Shown here in pieces: positions 37,501-46,257 of a stretch of 64,000 nucleotides of DNA. Where the stretch lies: positions 9,468-73,467 of the forward strand of contig QZKE01000079.1 of assembly GCA_003598015.1 (NCBI GenBank). Reading direction: 5' to 3'. The stretch is from Actinomycetota bacterium (lineage in GTDB: Bacteria > Actinomycetota > Geothermincolia > Geothermincolales > RBG-13-55-18). How positions within the stretch are numbered: position 1 is the first letter of the stretch; the number at the start of each line of letters is the position of its first letter. A program made the translations under genes and the position numbers. The notes beneath the pieces are model-generated. The model was not told the DNA's origin and did not search any database. It saw only the letters and a program-made list of their open reading frames with translations.

Positions 37501-37608
37501 CAGGGTTTTCCTCAAGTAATCAGGTTCCCTGCTCCCGGGGAAGGAGCGCTTCCTCCGCAAACCACTCTTTCCCGGCCTCGAGGTCTTTGCGCCTGGTATC
37601 AGGTTCAT
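34591..37608 (-). CDS. very large IPT/TIG + LamG-like (concanavalin-type) surface lipoprotein
   Basis: About 1005 aa from ATG 37608 (GGGGGA RBS; the listed start is 37656). A basic N-region and a hydrophobic helix end in GVGAGC. An IPT/TIG domain follows (SISPTSGTWGDTVTLTGSGFG...IVCKVPPGAETGNVFV), then a LamG-like region (DKSGYHNHGDIEGDVAFVPDRWKNSGKALFL), then about 650 aa of unknown beta-rich sequence. Confidence 0.65.
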   Translation of the reverse strand: MNLIPGAKTSRPGKSGLRRKRSFPGSREPDYLRKTLISLFTTLALVATTMGMFFIGVGAGCLNSISPTSGTWGDTVTLTGSGFGARNDCQVFFGGGVTSHEIVSWSDTRIVCKVPPGAETGNVFVSGNGGNSSVKPFTVDLGTMMVDLSPNEDFSRTVVEDKSGYHNHGDIEGDVAFVPDRWKNSGKALFLPCNNSHVKLDNDLGLRHLDGLALIADTFINQASQADTMTILNKEGCFKLEAVNHPGVGWQLLFSVRDKYGRTNLAYSDPNTDPLPMEDCRITAWFNAADSKLEVYIYSQGLGQTKLVASNNNPTSSIIADVQNDVYIGMDPDGSGQFDGVVGKVKICDLERGKKPGDYTETFLEKLDLLVTELKRHNVAISDCDAVLQDIEDVYDNGFQGVLDDPTLLLIDNHIRDNGLIGQLDQALDIFYNRAGAASAQAMAAAAAGGEWWQSVHGFIEFVLEHGLSYIAEHILHGKPGAAYWIAFDTSLAALDALLDGYAVATDTAAPGISCSRGTSMDLEVDRGAWIGFDITEPSQTARLKSGVAIIEHEFRDQNNLIIPDPASWGISVTASGTPFYLPGDGYLGPIDLDASISVLLVPGNGWGKSSSRQSLKLRITTWDVAGNENHFTLTINVKNTAPRIEYGSVSVDNNSIRDFADLGNLDVTFTCSDPDLNIDHAYITLSSWSGNPIVGGTINYVNPYITFDPNATEQTVSGTLVPSSLRNSGYFNLNQPGTVKVTVKVRDDDDAYSNSETTFFKVEPPEAPQINDLGLSKPIVSNTTDRYNQRLSFDCRDEDGDLYTGQVWMRLTGDPVTDTSWFSLSAAEFGIGSTTSWQYNKGCYIFRKSGIQNRIDLSKRGTVTAWVYLKDQYGNQSPTLYAEFLVSPSVYYYVYADFTWGQGTPEAFVEIYQCGASPPFYAYGQIYGRGGSVKFEGRIPCGEYLVHFHNFGEYTSGGNYTVAIGNAYNDDVRLFEGTWGFYSQDTVSGEWYFVLDSVNGVVRD

Positions 37609-37922
37609 CTCGTATCCCCCTTGATAGACTGCCCTATTACTCCGCTTGATTCCCAAGATTTCATCGCTGCAAATATTTCGGGAATAGAAAAGCGTATCGT
37701 TTTCTATGATCCCATGCGCTCATCTATCCCTCCTTTTACGAAACTATTCCACGTAGCATACACACGGAATCTTACAAAAACCTTACAAAAAACTGGGGGT
37801 TCCACTTCGCGCCAGCTTTGCCGCCGATGCAAATATCCGGTCGCCGCTTTGTATGCGATGATGCCCCGCCTCCCCGTGTGCGATAATATCCTTACGGTTT
37901 CAGCAGTATCGAGGAGGAGGCA

Positions 37923-38327
37923 ATGCCGAAAGAATTTCCCACCGTTTCCCCGCAGGGGTTTCATCCTTTCGGGGAGCTCATCGGCCTGGAGTTCACGGCG
38001 ATAGGGGAAGGCCGCAGCCGCTGCGAGCTGCAGGTGAGAGACGAGCTCTTCAACCCCCACGGCGTCCTGCACGGCGGGGTCGTCTACAGCATGGCGGATA
38101 CGGGAATGGGCGGGGCGCTCTACTCCCTGCTCGAGGAGAAAGAGCTGTGCACCACGGTGGAGATAAAGATAGCCTACTTCGCTGCGGTCAAGGAGGGGAA
38201 GCTCGCCTGCGACACCAGGGTCATCGAGCGGCGTTCGCGCATCGCCATCCTGGAGTCGGAGGTCACCGGCGGAGACAGGCTGGTGGCCAAGGCCCTGGGG
38301 ACCTTCTATATCTACGAGACCAGGTGA
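37923..38327 (+). CDS. PaaI-family hotdog thioesterase
   Basis: 134 aa. NPHGVLHGGVVYSMADTGMG is typical of the PaaI/YdiI family. Confidence 0.8.
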   Translation: MPKEFPTVSPQGFHPFGELIGLEFTAIGEGRSRCELQVRDELFNPHGVLHGGVVYSMADTGMGGALYSLLEEKELCTTVEIKIAYFAAVKEGKLACDTRVIERRSRIAILESEVTGGDRLVAKALGTFYIYETR

Positions 38328-38413
38328 CACGGGGGTGTGGCTGATATAAAACGCCGCCTCCTATCCGGGCTCCAGGGAGGGTAGGATTGGACACAACCCA
38401 TCAACCTTGGCTG

Positions 38414-38932
38414 CTAGCCAGCACATCGGTTATCTTGGTCATGATCCCTACATACGCTCCGGGGCTTCCTGCTCTCGGCCACGATGATGGCGATCAAGGC
38501 GAGGAAAAGGACCGCGGTGACGAGCATACCGCCCAGGAAAACAACGCCGGCGACAACACCGAGGACCTCATACGCATTGCTTCCACCGCTTTCGCAGGCG
38601 AGCGTAGCAATGATCAGGGCTGTCGTAGTTCCGACCAAGATGACGATCCAGGCGAGCAGGATGGTTGCCGTGGCTTTCTGCGACCTACTGCGTACCCGCC
38701 TCCGGTGCACCAGCGTGCTGATGGATACAACGATGGACAGGACAAGAAGAGTACAAATCAAACCTCTAGAGATACTGAGGTGAAACCGCGCGGTTTTGCT
38801 TGATATCACCACGGCTATCAGAAGGATAGGCAGACATATCATCACCGCGACCCCCAGGTCCCTCCCCACGAGGTTCCTATCGGTTATCCTGGCCTGGTGC
38901 CGGTGGACGTTCATCGCTATCCCCCGCCTCAA
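38414..38932 (-). CDS. hypothetical membrane protein
   Basis: 172 aa with four hydrophobic helices. Its TTG start overlaps the upstream stop (TTGA), suggesting translational coupling. Confidence 0.5.
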   Translation of the reverse strand: MRRGIAMNVHRHQARITDRNLVGRDLGVAVMICLPILLIAVVISSKTARFHLSISRGLICTLLVLSIVVSISTLVHRRRVRSRSQKATATILLAWIVILVGTTTALIIATLACESGGSNAYEVLGVVAGVVFLGGMLVTAVLFLALIAIIVAESRKPRSVCRDHDQDNRCAG

Positions 38933-39210
38933 CGCTTGCTTCTGGTCAGTACGTTGATTATTTTGGTCATGATTCCTACGATCAGGATAGACAATCCGAT
39001 TGTTATGGCTATAGTCTCCCCCCCATTATCGCCTGGGTCATCACGCAACATCTCACCGAAAATCGTCAATAAAGAAAAGATGGTGAGGATCAAGCCGATG
39101 ATGATCAATCCTGTCACGACGGCGGAGAACGCCCTTTCATATTTCTGCCTGGGCGTCTTTTTCACGGAATAGTAACCGCGGCTTACGCCTCTGGTATTCG
39201 TAGCTTCCAT
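38929..39210 (-). CDS. hypothetical small membrane protein
   Basis: 93 aa with two hydrophobic helices. A GGAGGAG RBS is present. Confidence 0.5.
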   Translation of the reverse strand: MEATNTRGVSRGYYSVKKTPRQKYERAFSAVVTGLIIIGLILTIFSLLTIFGEMLRDDPGDNGGETIAITIGLSILIVGIMTKIINVLTRSKR

Positions 39211-39512
39211 TTCTCCTCCTTTTCCGAATCTTTATCCTACCCTTATTCTCGTTCAGATATTTCAAGGAGACTATTCCGCGCAGGAGGGGTATAGGGGGTT
39301 ATTTCCAGGGGTTAGAAGGAGGCTCGAGCATCCCTCTCGGGGGGGATGCGGGAGATACCGTGCATGGCATATGAGACGGGCATGCATCGTATAAATGCAT
39401 TTCAGCCGGGGGGTATGTAGAAGGATGAACATCATCGCAAGTTAAAATCTGCCTGCAAATGAGGTATTACCCTACATGACCATGGACAGGGAGAGCGCCA
39501 CTCGAGAAGGGG

Positions 39513-40184
39513 TCAGACCAGGCCGTCCTTACGGGCCATGATCACGGCCTGGGTGCGGTCGTCGATGTGCAGCTTGCGGAAGATTGCCTTGACGTGGGCC
39601 TTGACGGTGTGTTCGCTGATGAACAGCCGCTCGGCGATGTCCCGGTTGATGAGGTTCTCGGCGACGAGCATGAGGACCTCCATTTCCCGCTTGGTGAGCT
39701 GGCTGTAGGGCTCGGAGAGGGCCACTTGTTCGGGCGACTCCTTCGGCTCCGGGAGGCCGGCCAGCAGCTCGACGAGCTTCCTGGCCACCGACGGGGTTAT
39801 CAGGCTCTCGCCGCGATGGGCGGCGTCCACGGCCTCCAGGAGCTGCTGGTTAGCCGCGGCCTTCAACACGTATCCAATGGCCCCCGCCTTGATGGCGCGG
39901 GTAGCTATCTCCCGGTCGTCGAACATGGTCAGAACCACCACCTCGCCTTCGGGATTGATCTCCTTAGCCCTGGCGGTAAGCTCTATTCCACTCATCCCCG
40001 GGAGCTGGATGTCGAACAGGCTTATGTTAGGGCGGTAGCGCTCCAGCAGCGGCACGGCCTCCTCCCCCGAGGCCGCCTCCGCCACCACCTCGATGTCGGG
40101 GCGGCTCTCCAGGATGCGGCGTAGGCCCTCCCTCACGATGTCGTGGTCATCCACGATGAGGACCTTGATTTTCGCTTCCTCCAT
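39513..40184 (-). CDS. NarL/LuxR-family response regulator
   Basis: 223 aa. The receiver domain shows VLIVDDHDIVREG and ISLFDIQLPGMSG. The C-terminal LuxR HTH reads LTKREMEVLMLVAENLINRDIAERLFISEHTVKAHV. Confidence 0.9.
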   Translation of the reverse strand: MEEAKIKVLIVDDHDIVREGLRRILESRPDIEVVAEAASGEEAVPLLERYRPNISLFDIQLPGMSGIELTARAKEINPEGEVVVLTMFDDREIATRAIKAGAIGYVLKAAANQQLLEAVDAAHRGESLITPSVARKLVELLAGLPEPKESPEQVALSEPYSQLTKREMEVLMLVAENLINRDIAERLFISEHTVKAHVKAIFRKLHIDDRTQAVIMARKDGLV

Positions 40185-40185
40185 G

Positions 40186-42219
40186 TCAGATCCCTCCGGA
40201 TACGGGGATGGACACCGTCAGAGTGGTGCCCCTGCTCTCTTCGCTCTCTATGCTCAGCTTCCCCCCCATCTCCTCGGCGCGCTCCATCATGCTGGTCATT
40301 CCGAGCCCGGGCGCGGCGCCGGCAACGGAGACGCTCACACCCACGCCGTCGTCGGCCACCTCGAGGACTACCTTTTCCTCGTCCCGCAGCAGGGAAACCT
40401 TGACCGTGCCGGCTCGGGCGTGCTTGCGCACGTTGTTGAGGCCCTCCTGCAGGATGCGGTAGAGGTTTCCCTCCACCAGGGGCGGCAGCGTTTCCCCCTC
40501 CTCGAGGTTGCTTTCCAGGCTCGTCTCCAGTTTCCCCTCGGCGGCGAGATCCTTGAGCAGCTTCTCCGCCGCTCCTCTCAATCCCAATACGTCCAGGGGG
40601 ATGGGCCGGAGGTCGGTGATCACCGCCCTCAGTTCCTCCAGGCCCTCGCGGGCTCTCTCCATCAGCGCATGCAGGTCTTCCCTAGCGCGGGCGAGGTCAC
40701 GCTCCAGGTCATCAAGGGTGAACTCCGAGAGGTAGACCACCCCCAGGAAGCTCTGGGCAACGCCGTCGTGCAGCTCGCGGGAGATCCTCCTCCGCTCCTC
40801 CTCGTGTGCCTCGGAAACCCGCTCCATCAGTTCGTTCACCCTCCTTTGTTTCTCCAATACCTCCTGGTAGAGGGCGCCGTTCTTCAAGGCGATAGCCATT
40901 TGCGGGGCCATGGCGGCCAGCAGGGAGCGGTCGCTGAAGGAGAAATCGTAACCGGACAGCTTCTCTCCCAGCAGGAGCGTTCCCACCGTTTCCTGCTCGA
41001 ATATCAAGGATATTTCCAGCACCTGGTAGGAGGCATCTCCCCCTTCACCATCGCCGACAAGTATGCGGTCTTTTTCGAAGCGCAGTCTGGGAGACGGATC
41101 CTCGATATAGGAGGGGAAAAAGCCGGAAATGGTCTGCCTGCGCCACCTTCCCTCGCCCTGGGATTCGTAGAGCAGGGCCGCTCCGGTCAGCCCTATGGTA
41201 TCGGTCAGGTTGCCGGTGATGTGACGGGACAGGTCATCCAGGCTGACCAGTTCGGTCAGGGACTCCGCGAAGGACGCGAGCAGTTGCCCGTATACGTAAT
41301 CCTTGCGGAAGAACAGCCTGTCCACCCATCTCATCAACAGCCGCCTCAAAGGCTCGAAAACCAGCACCAAGAGGAGGATGAACAGGGCGGTTATTATATA
41401 TCCCTGGGCACTGAAGTAGCTGCTGATAAAACGTTCAGAGATGATGATGGTGAGGATGTATGCGCTGGTGATCAGGACGGTGAGGATGAAATAGACGATG
41501 CTCCGTTTGAGCACCAGCTCCACCTCGCTGAACATCTGGAGCCTGAGGATGCCGTAGGCGAAGACCGCGGCGGTGATGGTGAAGAAACACGGCGTCGAGG
41601 AAAGGGTATACAGGCGGGCGTTCTCCAGGATGTTTACCACCAGGGGGATGGCCACGGCGGCCACCATCACCTGGGCGATACGTTTCTCTCTCAAGCGCTT
41701 TGAACTGCGGTAGTTATGGATATAGATGGTGAGAGCGGCGAGGAGCAGGGCGTAGGAGAAAAAGGCGTAAGTCCAGTAGAGCCAGCCCTTTACGGCTACG
41801 AGGTTCGTGCCACCCGCACCGGCCTGGAAATCGAATGCCCATGTCGTAGCGTAGAAAGCGACCAGGGTGAATACGGCCGGCAGGTACAGGCTCAACAGCA
41901 GGGGAGCCCTTGCTCTGTTCCTCATCAGCGGGAAGGCAGAAGGGAAGATCAGGGCAAGATGGAAGAACAGCACGGGGAAGAGTATCTCCCCGGGCGCCTG
42001 GAACCTTACCCAGAAGGTCCACGTCGAGATACTCCCCGATATGTTATACATGGCGTCCCCGAAGGACCATACGGCCAAGGAGAGTCCCATGAGGGCGAAG
42101 ACCTGGTTCACTCGCTGGCGGGGATTCTTGTAAAGCACGTAGGCGATGAGGGCGAGGTTCAGAGCGGTTGCGGTAAAGGAAAAGAAGGCGATGATGTTAT
42201 GGGTCGTCTGTCCGTTCAA
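40186..42219 (-). CDS. sensor histidine kinase (HisKA_3 / NarL-type) with polytopic N-terminal sensor and GAF-like domain
   Basis: 677 aa. About 7 N-terminal TM helices. The H-box is ISRELHDGVAQSF, with HATPase motifs LQEGLNNVRKHA and DDGVG. Its stop lies 2 nt before the regulator start. Confidence 0.85.
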   Translation of the reverse strand: MNGQTTHNIIAFFSFTATALNLALIAYVLYKNPRQRVNQVFALMGLSLAVWSFGDAMYNISGSISTWTFWVRFQAPGEILFPVLFFHLALIFPSAFPLMRNRARAPLLLSLYLPAVFTLVAFYATTWAFDFQAGAGGTNLVAVKGWLYWTYAFFSYALLLAALTIYIHNYRSSKRLREKRIAQVMVAAVAIPLVVNILENARLYTLSSTPCFFTITAAVFAYGILRLQMFSEVELVLKRSIVYFILTVLITSAYILTIIISERFISSYFSAQGYIITALFILLLVLVFEPLRRLLMRWVDRLFFRKDYVYGQLLASFAESLTELVSLDDLSRHITGNLTDTIGLTGAALLYESQGEGRWRRQTISGFFPSYIEDPSPRLRFEKDRILVGDGEGGDASYQVLEISLIFEQETVGTLLLGEKLSGYDFSFSDRSLLAAMAPQMAIALKNGALYQEVLEKQRRVNELMERVSEAHEEERRRISRELHDGVAQSFLGVVYLSEFTLDDLERDLARAREDLHALMERAREGLEELRAVITDLRPIPLDVLGLRGAAEKLLKDLAAEGKLETSLESNLEEGETLPPLVEGNLYRILQEGLNNVRKHARAGTVKVSLLRDEEKVVLEVADDGVGVSVSVAGAAPGLGMTSMMERAEEMGGKLSIESEESRGTTLTVSIPVSGGI

Positions 42220-42499
42220 GCCTACCCCCTGAGCAGGTTTTTAAGTAATTATACACCCGGCCGGGTAGCGGCTTTACCAACCCCCAATGCGTAACGTCGA
42301 TGGGATTCCGCGGGGGGGGACCCGTTCCCTCGTGGGGCGGCCTCCTGCGGGCCTTCCAATTCGGCTTAGAGGGTGCCTTTGGCACATATGCAAAAGGTGA
42401 ATACCTGCTCGACTTTGATGGTTAATAAAAAGCAGTTCTGGGTATATTGAAACCGGGAATGACGAAGATGAGATCAGGCTCTGCAGGCAGGAGCATTTT

Positions 42500-43165
42500 T
42501 TGAAGAAGATCCCCATATTCCTCGCGCTCGTCCCAGTTCTCCTCGTGTTCGGGGGCTGTGGCGGCGGCGTAAACCCTTGGGTAGAGAAAACGCTGCAGCG
42601 AGGACGCGTAGAGATGCAACGGGAGAGGAATAAGAAAAACCTGGAGAGGATGAAGAAGGCATACGGGAGTGAAGCCACGGATACTCCCCGGTATGACGAT
42701 CCGGACTACCGGGAGGCTTATTACGACGGCTATAATTCCGGCTACCGGGAGGGCAAGCAGGACTGCCTCAGCGGCGACGAATACGGCCCGTCGTTGAAAT
42801 CCATGGAATCCGGCGACTGGGCTTATGACAGTGGTTACACGGAAGGATTCAACGAGGGATACTACGAGGGATTCAGCGAGGCGTTTGCCCAATCGGAAGC
42901 CTCGCAGGAAACGATTACCAAAGACGGGGAAACATACGTGGTGGAGACATACGACCAGGGTTATAACGCCGGCTATCCAGTGGGATACGCCGCGGGTGAG
43001 CAGGATGCGAAGGTGACGGAGCTGTATTACGAACCGGCACCCTCTGTGGAGCTGGTCGACAGCCACTGCGAAGGCCACTTCGGGGCCGATTACCGGCCAG
43101 GTTGGGTCCAAGGATACACGTCCGGTTACGTAGACGCCTGGCGCAAGTATAATCCGTCCCAGTAA
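42500..43165 (+). CDS. hypothetical lipoprotein with GY-rich repeats
   Basis: MKKIPIFLALVPVLLVFGGCGGG contains a lipobox. G-Y-x-x-G-Y/F motifs repeat through the protein. TTG start with an AGGAG RBS. Confidence 0.65.
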   Translation: MKKIPIFLALVPVLLVFGGCGGGVNPWVEKTLQRGRVEMQRERNKKNLERMKKAYGSEATDTPRYDDPDYREAYYDGYNSGYREGKQDCLSGDEYGPSLKSMESGDWAYDSGYTEGFNEGYYEGFSEAFAQSEASQETITKDGETYVVETYDQGYNAGYPVGYAAGEQDAKVTELYYEPAPSVELVDSHCEGHFGADYRPGWVQGYTSGYVDAWRKYNPSQ

Positions 43166-43194
43166 AGGGCAAACTCCCGGCGGCGCCTTGGGTT

Positions 43195-43560
43195 TTATCT
43201 CTTTATTTTCTTACGCGGGCTTTTTTTCGGCAGTGAGAGGACGTATTCCACCGCCGAGACGAAGGCGTCCTCGAGTTTCAAATAATCCCGCGAGTTCTTG
43301 CGATTGATGAGGACCCATTCCTTCATGGGGCGGCCCTCCATGGGCACGAAGGGCTCCACTCCTCTTTTCGCGAGGAGTTCCTCGCGCACCTCCGGGGGGA
43401 CCTTCAGGGATACGCCGTCCTCCCAGACGCAGGCGAAGAGCTTGCCGTCCACGTAGTAACCCGGCAGGCCGAACATCTTGCCCGCCTTCACCCCCGGAAT
43501 AGGAAGGAGCATCTCGTCCAGGGTCTCTTTGTGTTTCTCGTTGAATGCGGCGAGGGGCAT
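43195..43560 (-). CDS. TfoX/Sxy N-terminal-domain-like protein
   Basis: 121 aa. GKMFGLPGYYVDGKLFACVWEDGVSLKV resembles the TfoX_N pattern. Confidence 0.45.
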   Translation of the reverse strand: MPLAAFNEKHKETLDEMLLPIPGVKAGKMFGLPGYYVDGKLFACVWEDGVSLKVPPEVREELLAKRGVEPFVPMEGRPMKEWVLINRKNSRDYLKLEDAFVSAVEYVLSLPKKSPRKKIKR

Positions 43561-43705
43561 GGCTACCTCACAATCCTCGTTCGCGATTCCTCACCTATAG
43601 AGATTATTCCTACCCGGCATTCAGTTCCGGCCCTCGGGGGGAAAGTGCCGGTCTTTCTCTTTCACACGCCCCCGGTTTTGCCTTAACGTATAAATGGGAC
43701 CGTCT

Positions 43706-45193
43706 CTACTCTGCTTTTGAGGCCTTCAGCAGCTTCCAGGTTCCCCTGGCGAGCGCAAGGCCGGCGAGGGCGGCACCTATCCGGGCCGCTGGCTTCAGGA
43801 TAGCATTAAAACCCTGCTTGGGCTTCCACTCCACGTTGAGGGAGACGGTCTTCCCCAACTTGTCCAGGGCGATGACCTCGGCGACGTGGTTAGAGTTCCA
43901 GATGGCCGCCTCCATGCCTCCGGAGGAGACGTGGGTCTTGGTGTAGTCCCCGGTGAGGTAGAAGTTATCCAGGGGAGAGCGCTGGTAGGGGCGGTGCTTC
44001 TCCATCCCCGGCAAGGCGCGGTACACGCCCTGGCGCTCCCGCACCACCTTGTACTTGCGCACCTCCGCCTCCCGCGCCGTGGGGAAGAGGGCCTTTATCT
44101 GCTTGATGGCGATGTCGAATATGACCTCGTCCGGCAGCCCCTCGATGTGGTCGGCGGGGGAGAGCACCATCTCGAACATGGAGCCTCCCTTGAAGATGTC
44201 CGGCAGCACGTTGGAGAGGTCCGCATAGGTGTTGAAGATGCAGTTGTTGGAGAAGAAGGTCACGTCCACGTCGGTGAGCTTGCGGTCGAACCACACCTGC
44301 AATGACATCGAGGGGGCGTAGCGAAAATGCCACAGGTCCCGGAAATAGTCGTAAAAGAAAGCCTCCTTGGGGAGGACCTGACGCAGGGCGTAGGGGCTGA
44401 TGGCGGAGACGTATATGTCCGCCGTGCGCTCCTCGCCGTCTACGGTCACACTCTTCACCTTGCTGCCGTCGAGGTTGATGGCGGTCACCGCCTTCTTCAG
44501 CTCCGTCTTGCCTCCCTTGGAGTGGATGTAGTCCAGGCAGGTATCAACCCAGATCTCGCCCAACCCTCCGTTGGCGAAACCCACGCGGGCGCTGTTCGGG
44601 TCCGCTCCAACCTTGCGGAACCAGTTGAGCATGACCTTGGCGGAGATCATCCACGAGGGTGTGAAGGTGAGGCCGTTGATGCCCGGCTCCAGGGGCAGGA
44701 AAGCCTCGATGGGGGCGTGGCGCATGACCCACTGGCCGAAGGTGATCTCGTCCAGCTTCTCCAGCTTGCGGTGGGAATACATGATCGCGCCGCCCATGCC
44801 CGCGGCGGTGAAGAGCAGCTTCCACTTGGGCACGGCATCGTAGGACTTGAGCAGGCCGACGAAGGCGGGGATGGCGTGTAGGGGCGCGGGCAGGTTGGCG
44901 AACCTGAGCACCGCCTCCCTGCCGCCTTCCTGCATGTAGTAGAACTCCGTCTGCTTCCAGAGGATGTTCTTCTCGATGCCCATCTTGTTGAAGAAGTTGA
45001 GCAGGTTGGCGTAGTAGGGGAAGAAGACGTGCAGGGCGTTGTCGATCATGTCCCCGTCTTCGTCCTTCCACGAACTGGCGCGTCCGCCGAATATCTCGTC
45101 GGCCTCCACCAGCTCCACTTCCATCCCCAGGTCCAGCAGGTTGATGGCCGTGGCCAGCCCGGCCATTCCTCCGCCCATGACCAGTGCTTTCAT
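43706..45193 (-). CDS. FAD-dependent amine-oxidase / phytoene-desaturase-family oxidoreductase
   Basis: 495 aa. MKALVMGGGMAGLATAINLLDLGMEVELVEADEIFGGRASSW gives the dinucleotide fold plus GGR motif. The C-terminal FYLTGDYT motif is present. The substrate is not inferable. Confidence 0.75.
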   Translation of the reverse strand: MKALVMGGGMAGLATAINLLDLGMEVELVEADEIFGGRASSWKDEDGDMIDNALHVFFPYYANLLNFFNKMGIEKNILWKQTEFYYMQEGGREAVLRFANLPAPLHAIPAFVGLLKSYDAVPKWKLLFTAAGMGGAIMYSHRKLEKLDEITFGQWVMRHAPIEAFLPLEPGINGLTFTPSWMISAKVMLNWFRKVGADPNSARVGFANGGLGEIWVDTCLDYIHSKGGKTELKKAVTAINLDGSKVKSVTVDGEERTADIYVSAISPYALRQVLPKEAFFYDYFRDLWHFRYAPSMSLQVWFDRKLTDVDVTFFSNNCIFNTYADLSNVLPDIFKGGSMFEMVLSPADHIEGLPDEVIFDIAIKQIKALFPTAREAEVRKYKVVRERQGVYRALPGMEKHRPYQRSPLDNFYLTGDYTKTHVSSGGMEAAIWNSNHVAEVIALDKLGKTVSLNVEWKPKQGFNAILKPAARIGAALAGLALARGTWKLLKASKAE

Positions 45194-45221
45194 CTCTCGC
45201 TCTCCTTTCTCTTGACGCTTC

Positions 45222-45346
45222 AGGGGTCAGGTCTTTCATTTTGCATACCAGAGTATCTGGATGTCATTCCCTTCCTCCTCAACATCCGACCAGGGATGGT
45301 TTCTACAACGCATACCGCGGTATGCAAAATGAAAGACCTGACCCCT
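45222..45346. repeat. 125-bp palindromic element: perfect 28-bp inverted repeats around a 69-bp spacer
   Basis: AGGGGTCAGGTCTTTCATTTTGCATACC (45222-45249) is the exact reverse complement of 45319-45346 (28/28). The spacer holds a nested GGATGT..ACATCC hairpin and a third GCATACC copy. The element fills the TetR-stop to desaturase-start gap exactly. Confidence 0.9.
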
Positions 45347-45974
45347 AGGTCGAAGCGTTGCTCACGATGTTCTCAAGGATCTCTCTCACGGCCAGCAACG
45401 CTTTATCCCGGGTGAGGACGTCGCTCAGGCCTACGAGGTATGCGAAGACCAGGGTTATGCCGAGGGAGAGGATCTGCCATGCCGCCACCGTCGTATCCAG
45501 GTCCTTCCTCACCGTGCCCTGGCCCTTTCCGGCCTCGAACATGCCGGAGAGCAGGCCGGTGTATTGTATGAGCCTGTCGCTCAATGCCGCCCGTATCTCT
45601 GGATCGCGGGCCGCGGTGATGGTCTCGAAGAGGAGCATGGATTCCTCGGGGTGGTCCATGACGAACCCGTAGAGGGCGTTGCTCATGGCGTAGATACGGT
45701 CGGGCACGCTGTCCTCTTCGTTGATGGCACCGGTGAGGGTGGCGACAAAGCGGTTACCCACCTCATCCAGCGCCTCCAGCAGAAGCTCCTTCTTGCCCGG
45801 AAAATACTTGTAAAGGGCTGGTTCGGACACGCCTACCTTCTGCGCGATGCGGCGCGTGGTGGTACCGGGGAGGCCCTGCTCGGCCATGATGGAGATGGTC
45901 GCCTGGATGATCTGCTGCTTGCGTTCCGGGCCGCTCAAACGCCCGTTGTTTACGCCCATGCTCGTCCTCTTCAC
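45345..45974 (-). CDS. TetR-family transcriptional regulator
   Basis: 209 aa. The N-terminal HTH reads RKQQIIQATISIMAEQGLPGTTTRRIAQKVGVSEPALYKYFPGKKELL. The start is either the GTG at 45974 or the ATG at 45959. Confidence 0.9.
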   Translation of the reverse strand: MKRTSMGVNNGRLSGPERKQQIIQATISIMAEQGLPGTTTRRIAQKVGVSEPALYKYFPGKKELLLEALDEVGNRFVATLTGAINEEDSVPDRIYAMSNALYGFVMDHPEESMLLFETITAARDPEIRAALSDRLIQYTGLLSGMFEAGKGQGTVRKDLDTTVAAWQILSLGITLVFAYLVGLSDVLTRDKALLAVREILENIVSNAST

Positions 45975-45978
45975 AAAG

Positions 45979-45998
45979 GTTAGTGAATATTAACTAAC
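45979..45998. promoter_or_regulatory. candidate TetR operator
   Basis: GTTAGTGAAT/ATTAACTAAC is a 20-bp palindrome (9/10 half-site match). It lies 5 nt upstream of the TetR start, in the divergent region shared with the SDR gene. Confidence 0.5.
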
Positions 45999-46257
45999 TT
46001 ATATCATGCCCCTGGCCGTGGGTCAACGCTCTACATATCTTTAACGATGCTCCGTTCGGTGGGGGAATAATGTGGACGGCGTGGTCCCGCTCCGGCTTCT
46101 CCGCAGCCCGCAAGGTGCCGCCGCTGTTTCGCGCCGTCGCCAGCAAATGGAATCATCCATGCGGCGGTCCGGTCCGGATCATCCTTGCGCTGCCGGCTCC
46201 GTTTCTGATACTTTCGGTCTAACCAAGTGAGGGAGGAACCAGGAGGGGAGAAACGAG

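Noticed and set aside
14596-45346. The heptamer GGGGTCA/TGACCCC recurs in the termini of the 14.6-kb element, in the 45.2-kb palindrome and in the 11.0-kb direct repeats. This might indicate one repeat superfamily.
   Set aside because: A given 7-mer is expected several times by chance in 128 kb of two-strand GC-rich sequence. Its position within the repeats also differs (inner versus outer end).
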